From contig CM075989.1 of assembly GCA_038087875.1 (NCBI GenBank), positions 16,244,001 through 16,308,000 of the forward strand: a DNA stretch of 64,000 nt, given 5' to 3'. A program made the translations under genes and the position numbers. The DNA is from Malacoraja senta. Lineage: Eukaryota. Positions 1-13,359 of this stretch are shown one piece after another. Every line of letters begins with the position of its first letter. Positions within the stretch are counted from its first letter, which is position 1. The notes under the pieces were generated by a model. That model was not told the origin of the DNA and searched no databases. It saw nothing but the letters and a program-made list of their open reading frames with translations.

Positions 1-189
1 TCTGCTCATGTAATGGCTGCTGGGCCAGTGGTTTAGAGCTGCAAGGAACAGGCTGGTGATGACTCTGAGAGACTCTAAAACATCCGCATCATGAAGGTTG
101 TGTTTTGTCTATTATATGCCCTTATACAGTTTGAACCAAGCCAATCCTTGCTGCAAAGATTGAAATAATTGCAGAACTGAGCACAAATG

Positions 190-750
190 GAAACAAAGTT
201 ATGTAGACACTTAGCAGGTCAGGTAGCAACTGTGGAAGGAGAAACAGGTAATGCTTCGTATCGAAGACCTTCCCAGATCTGAAGAAGAAATTTGAAATTG
301 AAACTTGGATAGTTTTTTCTGGAGCATTGGAGACTGAGGCGAAGTATGTAAAATTATGAGAGGCATAGATAAGGTAGACATTTGGAACGGTTTTCGCAGG
401 ATGGAAATGTCAAAGACTAGCGGGCACAGCTTTAAGGAGAGAGGGGTACAATTTAAAGGAGATTTGCGGGGATTTTTATTTGCACAAAGTGCGGTGGGTG
501 TTGGGGATGGTGGTGGAGATTAGTGGTATTCAAGAGGCTTTTAGATAGTCAGATGGATATGCACAGAATGGATGTATATGGATCACGTGCACGCAGAGGA
601 AATTAGTTTAACCTGACATAATGTTTGGCACAGACATAGTGGGCCAAAGGGCCTGTTCCTGTGCTCTACTGTTCCATGAAATGTTAACTCGTTTCTTTTT
701 TCCACATGCTATATGACCTTGTGAGTGGATGCCACATTTCCTGTTTTTTT
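190..750. mobile_element. Old inverted Penelope termini interrupted by a CR1 3' fragment (~310-680, +)
   Basis: cttagcaggtcaggtagca... and ...tttccacatgctatatgacc flank a CR1 tail ending gggccaaagggcctgttcctgtgctctactgttcc. Confidence 0.65.
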
Positions 751-2255
751 AGTTATCCTTTCTCTGGGTGAAGAGGGAAATGAAATCTCTTGAATAAATT
801 GAAAGGAGAAATATCTATACAATGCTTGGTTTGAAATTGGTTCTGGATCTATAATTGTATCTTTTTTTGTAAAAAGCTAATTTAATAGAACCATGCAAGA
901 GTGTGTAAGATTTCCTGTTTCCAGTTAAGTTTGTTACCCACCCACAGTTTATGCTTCATAATAATTCTAAATCCACTTCTGTGCACTGAACTTGTTTTTT
1001 CCCTAGTCCATAACCAAAATGCAATTTGTCATTTCCCAGAGCAGTTAATTGGATATTTGTTCTTTTATCAAGAAATACAGCTGTTGTTTTCCTTCACATA
1101 TGCTTTCTTAAGAAGATTGTAAAAATACTGCAGAAGAAAGATGTTTAGGGAGTTAATGTGCATGTTTGTGTTTTCAATTTGAAATTTATTTTATTAACAT
1201 CCCTTTGACATTAACCACTTTGCGCGCACAAATACGTTAAATTAATTGCTGCAGATTTTCCATTATTTGAAGGAGAAAAGAAATAGGAGGTTGAGAAAAT
1301 AGATTTTAAAAGATTTGAAAATATAAAATAGGTTTTAGAAATGAATATATGTTTTTTATGTCTGGACTTCATTTTACCCAAAAGGGGTTGTGTGAAAACT
1401 GAAGTGCTAGCTAATATCTCAATTGTAAACCAAGTACAGAGCAACGGTACATTTATAGATTTGATTTAGTTTCATCATAAGGGAATCAATATCTCTTTGT
1501 GGGCCAGTGTGACCTTTTGGGTTAAGTGTGGATTAGGACATTCAGCACCTTTCATTCGAGGTTGCCTGAAGTACCAGCATGAGTGTTTAATTTTCTGTAT
1601 TAGACAGCTTTCATGGGCTTTAAATTCTTGAATTCTGTCGACCCAATATTGAGACCTTGATGATTACAATTCAAAATGATTTCACTTGGTTACAAGGAGG
1701 TGGGGAGGAAGAGGAGGAAGCCTGGGCTGCAGTAGCTGGATTTATATTTGGGGATGAAAGGACTGCAGTGATGGACTGTGGAGTGCAGTGCTGCATAAAA
1801 GCTTTTGGGAAGAGCATTGTGATATAAATGTGCTAATGGCCAAGTCTCAGCTAATGTGTGTTTGAGATGATATTTACATTATAAATGACATATGGGTCAA
1901 AATTCCTTTGCTTTCCATAATGAAGGAACAAATGGCCCAGTACTGCCAGAATATTTTAACAAATACATCTTTACCATTAGGCTATGTCAGTGCAGCAGCG
2001 GGGATTGTTATGAGTGTAATGATTGCAGTTAATTAACTGAGACTGCTAAATCCTCCACAGTTTGTTTTGCTATTCTCTTCTCAGAAGAGTACACAAAATG
2101 AAATTCAAGTTGAACAAAATAAAAATAGAAAATGGTGGAAACACTACAGCGTGTCAGGCAGCATCTGTGGAAAGAGAAAGTTTTCAGGTTATGAATGTGT
2201 TCATATTTGAAGTTATATTTGAGGTTTTAAACATATTTGCTTGTTAATTTATTAG

Positions 2256-2429
2256 GGTCAACTCTACCTCCTGGTGACGGACCAGGGCTTTCTTACGGAA
2301 GAGAAGGTTGTCTGGGAAAGTTTGCACAACGTGGACGGGGATGGAAATTTCTGTGATTCTGATTTTCATCTGAGACCTCCATCTGACCCAGAAACTGTGT
2401 ACAAAGGACAGCAGGATCAAATTGATCAG
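2256..2429 (+). CDS. MINDY2: MINDY2 (FAM63B) K48 deubiquitinase, third-last coding exon (end of catalytic domain)
   Basis: attag|GGT...CAG|gtatg; 174 nt, phase 0/0; GQLYLLVTDQGFLTEEKVVWESLHNVDGDGNFCDSDFHLRPPSDPETVYKGQQDQIDQ matches recalled vertebrate MINDY2. Confidence 0.96.
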
Positions 2430-3432
2430 GTATGCCATGAAGTGCAAATGTAGATATTGCAAAGCAAAGAACCGTATGTCCGAGTTAAAAACAGAAAATA
2501 CTAGAAGTACTCAGCAGGTCAGCAGTAATGATGAGAGACAGTAAACTTTTAGGTTGGTGACTTTTCAACATTCTGTAAATGAGTTGGTTAACAACTTGTT
2601 CTGCAGAGACTGTTACTGCAATTTTTCTTCACATTTTTTTAAAGTTTGGAATCTATGGTTAGCATTTGTTGACAATTCATTTTACCTTGCATGAGCTTGC
2701 ATATCTGAATCTGATCAAACTGAGGAAAGAGTTGTAATTCTGTATTGGAACTGCCAACAACTTTTTTTAAATCTACCTTTCAGATGTAAACTTGGAATAT
2801 TGGGTTACAATGAGTTGGGCCACTAGCATTTATTCTCATGGTAAACCATGTAGTTGTAGCTTCTTATTCTGTCTTCAATGCATTTGTTCTTCGCATGGAT
2901 CATATTGCTGCAAGCAGATGCATTTAAAGTGAGAATGTACTCAATTCAAACATATTTTGAGATGCACATCTGGCATCGCATCACATGTGTTTTTGTTTCT
3001 TGCTCAAAAATGTGTGGAGCTTTTTTTTTATCAGGTTTTAGGAAAAAAACATTTCCTCAGAACAAATTATTGTTGACATTTCCAAAATCAAAACTGCTCA
3101 TTGTGCTTTTCCTGGAAAAAATAATGCATTATCTATTATTATCTTATGCTTTTTCAGATTCTGCTCCTTTCCCAAAGTAAACAGAGCATTTATATAATAC
3201 TGAAGGACAGAAATACGAAAGTTTACTGAAATTTAAATGTTGGTGTGTTGTAAGATTAAAATGCATGACCACAAAATCAGAAAAAGCTCCTTTTATTTTT
3301 TTTTAAAAACACATTTTAGTTTATAATTTGACTATCACTACTGAATATTTGCAAATCTACATTTGTAATTGGAGGGTAGTTACTGATCCCTTATCCAGGG
3401 ATTTCCTGATTGGACATTATTTCTTCTCTCAG

Positions 3433-3609
3433 GACTATCTGATGGCATTGTCCTTACAGCAGGAGCAGCAAAGCCAGGATTTAACCTGGGAGCAGATTCC
3501 TGAAGGGATTAGTGATCTGGAGTTGGCAAAGAAACTGCAGGAAGAAGAAGACAGGCGAGCATCCCAATACTACCACGAACAAGAGCAAGCGGCTACAGCT
3601 CAGAGCCAG
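3433..3609 (+). CDS. MINDY2: MINDY2 penultimate coding exon (MIU ubiquitin-binding motifs)
   Basis: ctctcag|GAC...CAG|gtaatg; 177 nt; DYLMALSLQQEQQ...SDLELAKKLQEEEDRRASQYY. Confidence 0.96.
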
Positions 3610-4344
3610 GTAATGACATTTTGCAGGTAACCAAGAAGCAAAAACACTGAAGATGCAGGAAATTGGAATTAAAAATGAAAAGTGCTGAAAATACTCAACA
3701 GAAGAGTCAGCATCTGTGGTGGGAGAACCAGGTTGACAACTTACCATTGGAAGTGATGAAAGATCACTGACCTGCTGGGTATTTACACCATTTTATATTT
3801 TTAATTTCATGTGATGTTTACTATATAGAAACAAATGTCTTGATTGTAATCATGTATAGTCTTTCCGCTGACTGATTGGCACGCAATAAAAGCTTTACTC
3901 TCTACCTTGGTACACATGACAATAATAAACTCAATTAAAAATGTTCTGTGACAAATACATTGACCAATATTGCTGCTGCTCTGGAGATCTGGGTAATGTT
4001 TGATTTCAGGTTCTAACATCAGAAGACAAAGGGACTTTAAACCAAAAATATATAAAGAGAATTAGTCAGTTGATCACAGCAAATGGTGAAGGATTAAAAA
4101 ACGGATCAAAATGATAAATGAATAAGGCAACAATAAGAAGTGTGCATGGGTAGAAAATATCATCCTAGGTGCCATATTTTAGAGGTTTCCGGAACATAGT
4201 AAGGGCTACTTGGATGCATTTGTGGACAAGGAAGTTGAGGAATTGCCTGACTCTGCCCCGACTTCCTTTATCTGTTGAAATGTAATCGTTTGTTACCAGT
4301 CAATGTGACTGTTGCAATGTACACCAGGCCAGCTTCTTCATTCT

Positions 4345-4850
4345 GTTTCTAAGAACATAGAACATGGAACAGTACAGCACAAGATCAGGCCTTCGGCCCA
4401 CAATGTCTGTGCCAAACATAATGCCAAGATCATCTCTAATCTACCTGTGCGTAATCTAAATCCCTGCGTATCCATATGCCTATCCAAAAGTATCTGAATA
4501 CCACTATCTATCTGTTCCACCACCAACCCTTGCAACATGTTCCAGGCACTAACCAACGTTTTAAAAAAGTTGCCCCTCTCACCTTAAAGCTACGCCCTCT
4601 AGTATTTGATTTTTTTTCTTCCTGGAAAAAAGGTTCTGACTGTCTACCCTATCTCTGCCTCTCATAATTTTATATACCTCTATATCAGGTTTCCCCACAA
4701 CCTCTGGCATTCCAGAGCCTGTAGCTAATACCCTTTAATCCAGCCAACATTCTGGAAAACATCCCCTGCACCCTTTCCGAAGCCTCCACATCCTTACTGT
4801 AATGGGGTGACCAGAACTGCATGCAATATTTCAAATAGATTCGACATTGT
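4345..4850 (-). mobile_element. CR1 LINE 3' fragment
   Basis: YCMQFWSPHYSKDVEASERVQGMFSRMLAGL; CR1 tail at 4350-4400. Confidence 0.85.
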
Positions 4851-5119
4851 CCAAATTGTGCTGCCCATGTTCTAATCTGATGCTCTCCCTCTCCTCTCTT
4901 GCTGTTCCCCATTTGTGCACTCAAAACCATTGGTTTACCACTCCCCCCACTCCATCACATCACTGCCTGCCCAGCCCACAACCTGTGCTTCCTGAACACC
5001 CTGTGCTATTCCCCCCCCCGGCCCATGCCCCTGCACCTGCCCGTGCCACCTGCCGTCTGGGCTCCCCGATCTATTCCAACTCGCTCAGAATCTATGGATT
5101 TCATCTAGCGCCAGCATAA

Positions 5120-5497
5120 TCAAAAAACAGTCTCACCCCAGTCACTCCCCCCTCTCCCATCAAGCAAGAGGTACAGAAGTTTGAAAACACATACCTGTGT
5201 CTATTTCCAAATTCAGGGACAGTTTCTTTCCAACTGTTATCAGGCAACTAAACCGTCCTCTCACCAACTAAAGAGTGGCCCTGACCTCCCATGTATTTCC
5301 TTGGAGACCTTTGAATTATCTTTAATCAGGCCTTATTAGACTGTATCTTGCACTAAACATTATATATTTTATCCCGTATCTGTAGACTGTGATGGGCTTG
5401 ATTGCAATCATGTATAGTCTTTTCGCTGACTGGATAGCATGCAACAAAAAGCTTTTCACTGTACCTTGGCATATGTGACAATAATAAACTAAACTAA
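5120..5497 (+). mobile_element. Rex/L2-type LINE 3' tail
   Basis: agggacagtttctttccaactgttatcagg...gcttttcactgtaccttggcatatgtgacaataataaactaaacta; same tail at 3835-3935 and, on the - strand, at 43325. Confidence 0.75.
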
Positions 5498-5644
5498 GAT
5501 AGTGATCCCGTGCACGGCATTGGGTTGCTTCACAGTGTTAATGGTTGGTTAATGCAGAATGGCAAGTTAATATGAGAATATGGTTATTTTGCTTCAATAG
5601 AATATCTGAAATTGATGAAAGATCGACTGTGCTTGATTGTACTT

Positions 5645-6460
5645 AGAAACATAGTAACTAGGTGCAGGAGGACACATTTGGACCTTCGAGCCAGCCATTG
5701 TGATCATGGCTAATCATGCACAATCAGTAACCCGTGCTTGGACAGGTTGAGTGAGTGGGCAGATGCATGGCAGATGCAGTATAATGTAGATAAATGTGAG
5801 GTTATCCACTTTGGCGGCAAGAACAAGTAGGCGGATTATTATCTCAATGGTGTCAGATTAGGAAAAAGGGAAGTGCAACGAGACCTGGGTGTCCTTGTAC
5901 ACTAGTCACTCTAAGTAAACATGCAGGTACAGCAGGCAGTACTGGGACCCGTTTATTTCTACTCTTTGTTTCCTGTCTGACAACCAATTCTCTATCCATG
6001 TCAATACCCTTCCCCCAATACCATGTGCTCTAATTTTGCCCACTAATCTCCTGTGTAGGACCTTGTCAAAGGTTTTCTGAAAGTCCAGATGCACTACATC
6101 CACTGGCTCTCCTTCATCCATTTTACTTGTCACATCCTCAAAAAATTCTAGAAGATTGGTCAAGTAGGATTTCCCCTTCATAAATCCATGCTGATATGGA
6201 CCAATCCTTTTACTGCTTTCCAAATGCGCTGTTATTACCTTTTTAAGATTTGAAGCAAGAAAGGTTTGATCCCAGACTTTTTACCTTTATTACTGAACCA
6301 GCCACTAGATGGCAACTGTAAACATTTGAGACTGTTCATCTTGCTTCCATATCTTTAAGTTTGTAATATTGTGATCATGGCTGATCGTCCCCAATCAATA
6401 ACCCGTGCCTGCCTTCTCCCCATATCCCTTGATTCCACTAGCCCAAAAGCAATCTAGCTT
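5645..6460. mobile_element. Rearranged CR1 LINE fragments (minus tail, plus RT, minus RT, minus tail)
   Basis: ORF 5906-6223 QHGFMKGKSYLTNLLEFF...LDFQKTFDKVLH on -; WADAWQMQYNVDKCEVIHFG on + at 5740-5815. Confidence 0.85.
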
Positions 6461-6579
6461 TTCATCTGTATAAAGATTTAAATTTCCAGTATGTTTGAAT
6501 TAAAATACATTCAGCTCCTGTTTGGTACTATTCACAAGCTAAAATATCATGGAGTAGGCAAAGAAAATGGATTATTTGA

Positions 6580-6855
6580 TTTAGTTTAAAGATACAGGAT
6601 GGAAATAGGCCCTTTGGCCCACCGTCAACACTGAACATCAATCAATCACATTAGTTCTATATTATCCCACTTTCTCATCCACTCCCGATACATTAGAAGC
6701 AAGGTATGGTAACCTTGAAACATATATATCTTTTGGATATGGGAGGAAACCTGAGCGTCCCGAGAAAACCCACGCGGTTACAGGGAGCACGAACAAACTC
6801 CACATGGACAGCATCCAAGTGCTCTGGCAGCAGCTCTACTAGCTGTACCACTGGA
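6580..6855 (-). mobile_element. HE1-like V-SINE
   Basis: V-domain gggaggaaacctgagcgtcccgagaaaacccacgcggttacagggag...aaactccaca; tRNA-like head near 6850; CR1-like tail near 6600. Confidence 0.8.
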
Positions 6856-7391
6856 TTGTGAGAGCAATCTATAGCAAGTGGTTCTAACTTGCAATACTTC
6901 TCACCGGTGCTGATTTTGAATTTTGCCAGGACCACTCGACTGTCCCTCATTGGACCTGACACAAGCAAAAGAGCTGAGATCTGGAGCTGAGCTGATTGCA
7001 ATGGCCCTTGAAAACATGGCAGCACCTGGAGATCACCATTGTCCAAGTAGACCAGTCACAGAACTTGAGTGACGTAGTGAGCCAGCCAGACTTGAGTGAC
7101 CTCCTGACTATTTGCGAAACACATATGTCTTCAAACGCCATTTTGATTAGGAGGCTGTCCACATCGTCTTCAATGATCTAATTATCCACTTATAGTCCAG
7201 TTGAATTAGCTATTTTTGCCAGATCAGCCAAAGTGTGCAAGAAGTGTGGTGGGTGGTGCAAGAATAGATTGAACTCTGACTGTTGATTGAAATTTGTCAG
7301 TGTGTTAAATGACCAGTTCCATTCCAGCAGTGAGCTCTTGTGTTATTTAGCAGCTTTTACTTCATATGAATTTTTTTTTCTAACATTCCAG

Positions 7392-7520
7392 GAAGGGCAG
7401 CAATCACAGGCGGTGGCGGCAACAGCAGCAGCTGCAGCTGGAAAACAGCCGGGAGGCACGGAACGGAAGCAGCGCAAGGAAGCAAAAGAGAAAGAAAAGG
7501 ACAAGTGTATTCTCTTGTGA
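7392..7520 (+). CDS. MINDY2: MINDY2 last coding exon, ends in polybasic stretch plus CaaX (CILL)
   Basis: ttccag|GAA; EGQQSQAVAATAAAAAGKQPGGTERKQRKEAKEKEKDKCILL then TGA at 7518-7520. Confidence 0.94.
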   Translation, partial: EGQQSQAVAATAAAAAGKQPGGTERKQRKEAKEKEKDKCILL

Positions 7521-10500
7521 TGGGGACGGAATTTTACCAGAAACTAAATGCGTAACCCTTAAAAGAATCCAGTGATATGCCGTCTGTGCCTGATCCTTAA
7601 TTGTTTGTATTTTGAGAAGTGAAAGGATGACTTCTTTGATACAGTCGGCCAAACTCTGTCTGTTGCACAATGCACTATATTCACAAGGGAGTTTCTACAG
7701 TGTTGATTGATGCAGTTACATTTAATTTGACGTAAATCATTGTTTAAAACATGCAAAAAGCACCTTTACATGTAACAGTAAAATCACTATGCCTCTTAAT
7801 ATTTTGCATTAATTAATGCAATCAGCTAATAAGCTATTCTGGATAATACTGCCTCTGTTTTGCTATAGGACAATGATTGGCAGTTTTGTGGTTGGTTTAG
7901 ATTTCATTCTCTGCTTACAATAAGAGAATATAGAATATTTTTAGTTTTCCTTGATTGCGCCTAGAATCAAGCTCATAGGGAGAAAAAGGCAAAACACTTA
8001 CAGGTCATTCATATTAGAGATTGTTTTAAGATGCTAACACAAACTCTGCTGGTGTACAAATGTAGCACTGGACAATCTTTTCTAAAGGGTCATTTTTTTG
8101 TACGAGCCATAATGGGGAAGGCAAAGAGAGAGTCAATATTTGTCAATCGTGGTCTCTCTTGCTTCAAGTTTTCTTTATGTGCTACATTTTGCATGGTTTT
8201 AAAATCGTTCCAACAGGTCAATCTAGGGAAATGTGTAAAAATAGATATTCAACATGTAAAATATCAGTAATTTTTTTTAAAAGCAAGTGAATAAGCTAGT
8301 TTTTTTGACCAAATATACTTCCTGACAATTGAGAAAATTGTTTCAAGTTGGCTTGGAGACGATAAAGGTCCTGCTAGAATAAAGAAGTTACAAGTAGTTC
8401 TCCGTGATCTCTTTAATCAGTCAGTAAAATCAGCACTGTATTCACCTTTAGTGATTACCATTTTGTTTCTGAATTCCTTAATGCTGAATAATGTACCCAA
8501 TCATTGTTATCTTTTATCTTCATTAATACCCTCAAGATTATTTGGTCAAATATTGTCAATGATGTAGACAGTAGCAAAGTTATTTTTCTTAAGGGGCCCA
8601 ATATTCAAAAAATGGGAGGGAGGGGGGGGGGGGGGGGCGGGATTTTAAAACATTTTGGAAGAAGCCAAATAACTTTGGTATTGTCATACTTGGTTTTTTT
8701 TTGTATAATTTAAACACTGACTATTTTTCTTTGGTATGATGGTAAGCTGTTCCAAATACATTGTTCACTGGGCACTGTTGCAGGAACACTAAATTTTGAC
8801 ATTGAAGGAAAATTATCTGAAGGATCATTTTATACTGTTTCAGATTAGTATTGTCACTCTAATAATGTAGCTGTTTTGTAGATTTTTGATACATTTGACC
8901 AGTTTATTTATTTGAATAACTCTAATAGGGCACCCTCAGTTAGAGTGCTTGAAGCAGTTATGTCTCTAGAGGAAGATCCACACCTGTCAGTAACTAAGGA
9001 GGAAGAAAATAAAGCATTTAACCTGTTTACTAAGACATAAATATTTATTCATTGTGAAGCAATTTGTTAAATTATTTTGAGATGGGCAGCCCAGAATATC
9101 TATCTTTTGCATTTTGAAAGAATCATGTTGCACTTAGAGGTTTCCCTTTATCAAAAATTCTTTACCAGGAACAGATATAATGAAGTTTGTTTGGGGAGAT
9201 TTCATTGAACTGCCCAGATGTTTTGTGAATTAGCTCACATTTATAGTGCATGATAAATCTAGTAGATCATATTATAAATGTCATACAAATGCTTATGTAA
9301 AGTTGTATTTTCCTCACCAAAATATGTTGATATTAAAAGTACCAGGATTTCAAATATGTATGGATCTAATTATTTGCAACCCTGTCCAAGTAATTACTTG
9401 TGATTTTGACCATACTGCTACAGGGGCTGCATTGTGGAACTGTTCACCATTAAAAGCCCTTGAGAACCCATTTTAGGACAGGTAGTTGCTTTGAAAGTTA
9501 TCAGTGCAGGGCTGCATTGGCCTTTCTGTTGGAGGTTGTGCCTAGTCCTGAGTCACAAGTGCAGGCTTGTTTGTGGTACATTGACTGATAAACAGTCTAG
9601 TATGGTTCCTCGACCGTTTTAATATGCTAAATGTTTCACGTACGGATTGTTGAAAAAAAATGCTAAGTCTTCTGAAATGATTATGCTTTAAATATCACTT
9701 TGTTTTGCACATTTGTCTATTAAAATGATGGGTGTATCTGTGTTATTCTGCAACTTGAATTTTGCAGATTTTTTGAATGCTTCACTGAAATTTGGTGCAT
9801 TTGAGAGCATGACATTGAATATTTCTTTGTTCAAAGAAAGCTATATGTTGCCATTTGATCATTCACAATGGAATATTTGCTGGATATTTTAATAATGTCA
9901 ACTTTTGCGTTGGAGATTTAATCTCATACACCAGTGGGATTGGGTTTCATCATTTGTTTATTACAACAGGATGCACAATATACTTCAAGCCATTGTACAT
10001 GTATATTCACCATGATTAACAACAGACAAGAAAAGTATTGACCAGAATCTGTTGCTTTCAATAACTTTTGTTGCACTTTTGCTTTGTTGTTTGTTTATTT
10101 TGACTTATTTACCAAAATACTGGTGAATTAAAAAATATACACAATGGAAAAAGATGTAGATTTTGAATTTGCTCTCTAACTTTTGATGTCTCCTAAATCA
10201 CAGCTACTTTCCCCATTGCTTTGGGTACCTGTACTGTTACAAATCCTGCATCTGGGAGCATCTGCGTTTTGGTAGATGCTGATTTCATGACATTGTTCCA
10301 TTTTCTCTATTCATGACCAAACTTGTATGTCGCATACTATCATAATGTGTGTTATATACTTAGTGGGATCAAGTGAATTTTGACAGTCCTTCCTTTGGCA
10401 CCATAAAAATACTTTTATTGGCATTCCAACTATTTGATTTTAGAGAGCTTTCTGTGGAATGTAGATTAATTTTCTTCACTTTGTACTTCTGTCATTCTGT

Positions 10501-11300
10501 GACTGAAATGACAAAAGCAGTTAATTATTTACAATATGTATCTTGGGCAAGTGGGATAGTAGCATATTGTGCCATAATGTTAAAGATTCTGTATTTACAG
10601 TAACAGATTTGAGGCATTGTTTATATTTTCTTTTATTTTTTAATTTAAATCCTGGACTAGGAATTGGGTAAAATTTTGGTACAAGAACTTCTAGGTTTTT
10701 GAAATCTTAACATGGGAAGATAAAAATGCATTGCATGTAATGTGAATTATGTAAACGGTAAAAAGAAATCAATCTATGGAAAACTGAACCGAAGTGTTGA
10801 AAATTAGGTAATAACTGGGGGGTAAACATGGAAGAAAGGGTACTAAAGAAGTGGAACATTAGTACCATGAACTTAATGAAAATCAGTAAAGAAAACCACT
10901 ACCCACTCTGTGCTTAATTACTGATGTTTACACCAGAAAACTGCCATGTACATTTGCTAACATGCCTCATTATGGAAAAAAACCCCTGTGTATTTGGTAT
11001 AGAACAAGCATGGAATACTGGGTGGTATCAGATAGCCTATGAAATATTTGCAATTAATTTTAGAATAAGGTATACCGTGACCAAATGAGCCCTATCAGCT
11101 GAACTGAACACCCATTAGTGCCTCATTAACCATCAGAAAGAGTGAAATGTGTGGCTTTAATTGCAGTTTTACAAGTGAAACATTGAGAATCATGTTACAA
11201 TAAAACTTTGGTATCAATTAATGCAAAATCTTCTGTTGCAGAATCATGTTAAAATTGGTAATACTCCAGACTGAAATAAAAACCCATTTCTTGCAATGAC
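7521..11300 (+). other. MINDY2: Probable long MINDY2 3' UTR
   Basis: ~3.8 kb AU-rich stretch with no recognisable transposon after the stop; AATAAA at 8378, 9008, 11199 and 11275; repeats resume at ~11510; true end uncertain. Confidence 0.6.
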
Positions 11301-11509
11301 ATGTGTTTGGCGTTGTTTCATTTGCACCTTTCTTTGCAAAACGCCTTTCAGCATCATAGACTGTTTCTGCCCGGGTCCCACATTCTTGTCCCAGAATTGC
11401 TGCTGTAACCAGCATTCAGAACCAGCCCATTGACTGCCTGACATTAGCCCTGCCCACCAATCACCCTGATGGGCATGTGACCGAAGCCTCACCTGCCAGG
11501 CAACCCTGA

Positions 11510-12462
11510 TAGACACAAAACGTTGGAGTAACTCAGCAGGTCAGACAGCATCTCTAGAGAAAAGGAATAGGTGACATTTCGGGTCAAGACTTCTTCAGAC
11601 TGACAGTCAGGGGAAAGGGAAATGAGATACATAGAAACATAGAAACATAGAAATTAGGTGCAGGAGTAGGCCATTCGGCCCTTCGAGCCTGCACCACCAT
11701 TCAATATGATCATGGCTGATCATCCAACTCAGTATCCCGTACCGCCTTCTCTCCATACCCTCTGATCCCTTTAGCCACAAGGGCCACATCTAACTCCCTC
11801 TTAAATATAGCCAATGAACTGGCCTCGACTACCCTCTGTGGCAGAGAGTTCCAGAGATTCACCACTCTCTGTGTGAAAAAAGTTCTTCTCATCTCGGTTT
11901 TAAAGAATTTCCCCCTTATCCTTAAGCTGTGACCCCTTGTCCTGGACTTCCCCAACATCGGGAGCAATCTTCCTGCATCTAGCCTGTCCAACCCCTTAAG
12001 AATTTTGTAAGTTTCTATAAGATCCCCTCTCAATCTCCTAAATTCTAGAGAGTATAAACCAAGTCTATCCAGTCTTTCTTCATAAGACAGTCCTGACATC
12101 CCAGGAATCAGTCTGGTGAACCTTCTCTGCACTCCCTCTATGGCAGATGGTGATATAGAACAAATGAATGAAAGATATGCAATAAATGAATGAAAGATAT
12201 GCAATAAAGTAACAATGATAAAGGAAACAAGCCATTGTTGTGGACTAGGAGAAAACGAGTTAATGAAACTCACCAGGACGATAGTAAAACTAGTACAACG
12301 ACTAGGGTGGGGGAGGGATGGAGAGTGAAAGTAAGGGTTATTGAAGTTGGAGAGATCAATATTCATACCGCTGGGTTGCGAAGTCTGGCCCCAAACATCA
12401 CCCATTACGTCTCTCCAGAAATACCGCCTGCTCTGCTAAGTTACTCCAGCATTTTGTGTCGG
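11510..12462. mobile_element. Penelope-like element remnant with inverted termini, split by a young CR1
   Basis: gacacaaaacgttggagtaactcagcaggtcag...; opposite end ...agttactccagcattttgtgtc; internal ttgaagttggagagatcaatattcataccgct is the GIY-YIG C-terminus on -. Confidence 0.75.
11628..12144 (-). mobile_element. Young CR1 LINE 3' end
   Basis: AIEGVQRRFTRLIPGMSGLSYEERLDRLGLYSLEFRRLRGDLIETYKI...; (agaaacat)n octamer tail; nearly identical to 36017-36822. Confidence 0.93.
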
Positions 12463-12741
12463 TTGCAGCTGCCCAAGAGGTTCTGATGCCCATTTGACAA
12501 GACACCCACCCACCATTCACTCTGCGCACCTGACAGCAGCCCCACCCACTACCTGACATCTCACGGCCCCATCCACCACCCAGTCCTGTTGGACAACTAA
12601 AACCTCGCACTAACGTTTATAAATCTTGGAAGAGAGAACATTAAAAATTACAGGTGTCTAAACAATGATCACAAATCCACTTTGGCCACATTTAACTGCA
12701 GTCAGTTAGAATGAAGCTTCATAGAAACCTGTAACCACTGA

Positions 12742-13357
12742 TCTACACCTTCTCCATCATCTCCATCCAGGGACCCCAGCAATCCATCCAGAGGACACCT
12801 CTCCCTATACCTCCTCCTTCATCTCCATCCAGACCCCGACATTCCTTCCAGGTGAGACAGAGGTTCATGAGCACCTCCAACACCAGCCACTGCACCCGGC
12901 TTTCCTGATGTGGCCTCCTATACATTAGAGACCAAGCATAGATAAGGTGAGTTTCGCTGAACACTTACACTCGATCCGCGAAGGTCTACTGGATCTCCTG
13001 GTTGCAAAGCATTTTAACTCTTTCTCATTCCCTTACTGACCTTTCTGCCCTGGGCCTCCACCATTGCCAGAGTGAGGCTACACACAAACTGGAGGAACAG
13101 AACCTTGTGTTGCGCTTAGGTCACTAACAACCCAACAATATGAACATTGAATTCCCCAATTATAGGCAACTTAACAAACCAACACTGCATGCCAACCCCT
13201 CCCCACCTTCTCCACCCTCTCTTTGAACCCCAACTGGATGCACCCTCTCCTGTCTCTACATCTTCCCCATGTCTCACATTTTGTGACTCTTCTCTCACCT
13301 CAGCCTTTTCTCATTTTTAGTTTTTGTCCACCCATTTGGTAATCAATCCCCTCACCC
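12742..13357 (+). mobile_element. Penelope-like element, degenerate GIY-YIG endonuclease end
   Basis: tgtggcctcctatacattagagacc...ttcgctgaacacttacactcg...aagcattttaactc...aaactggaggaacag; homologous to 50333-50620. Confidence 0.75.
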
Positions 13358-13359
13358 TA

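Noticed and set aside
11710-12405. 231-aa ORF as a novel gene
   Set aside because: Chance fusion of Penelope sequence to the CR1 ORF2 C-terminus at an insertion junction.
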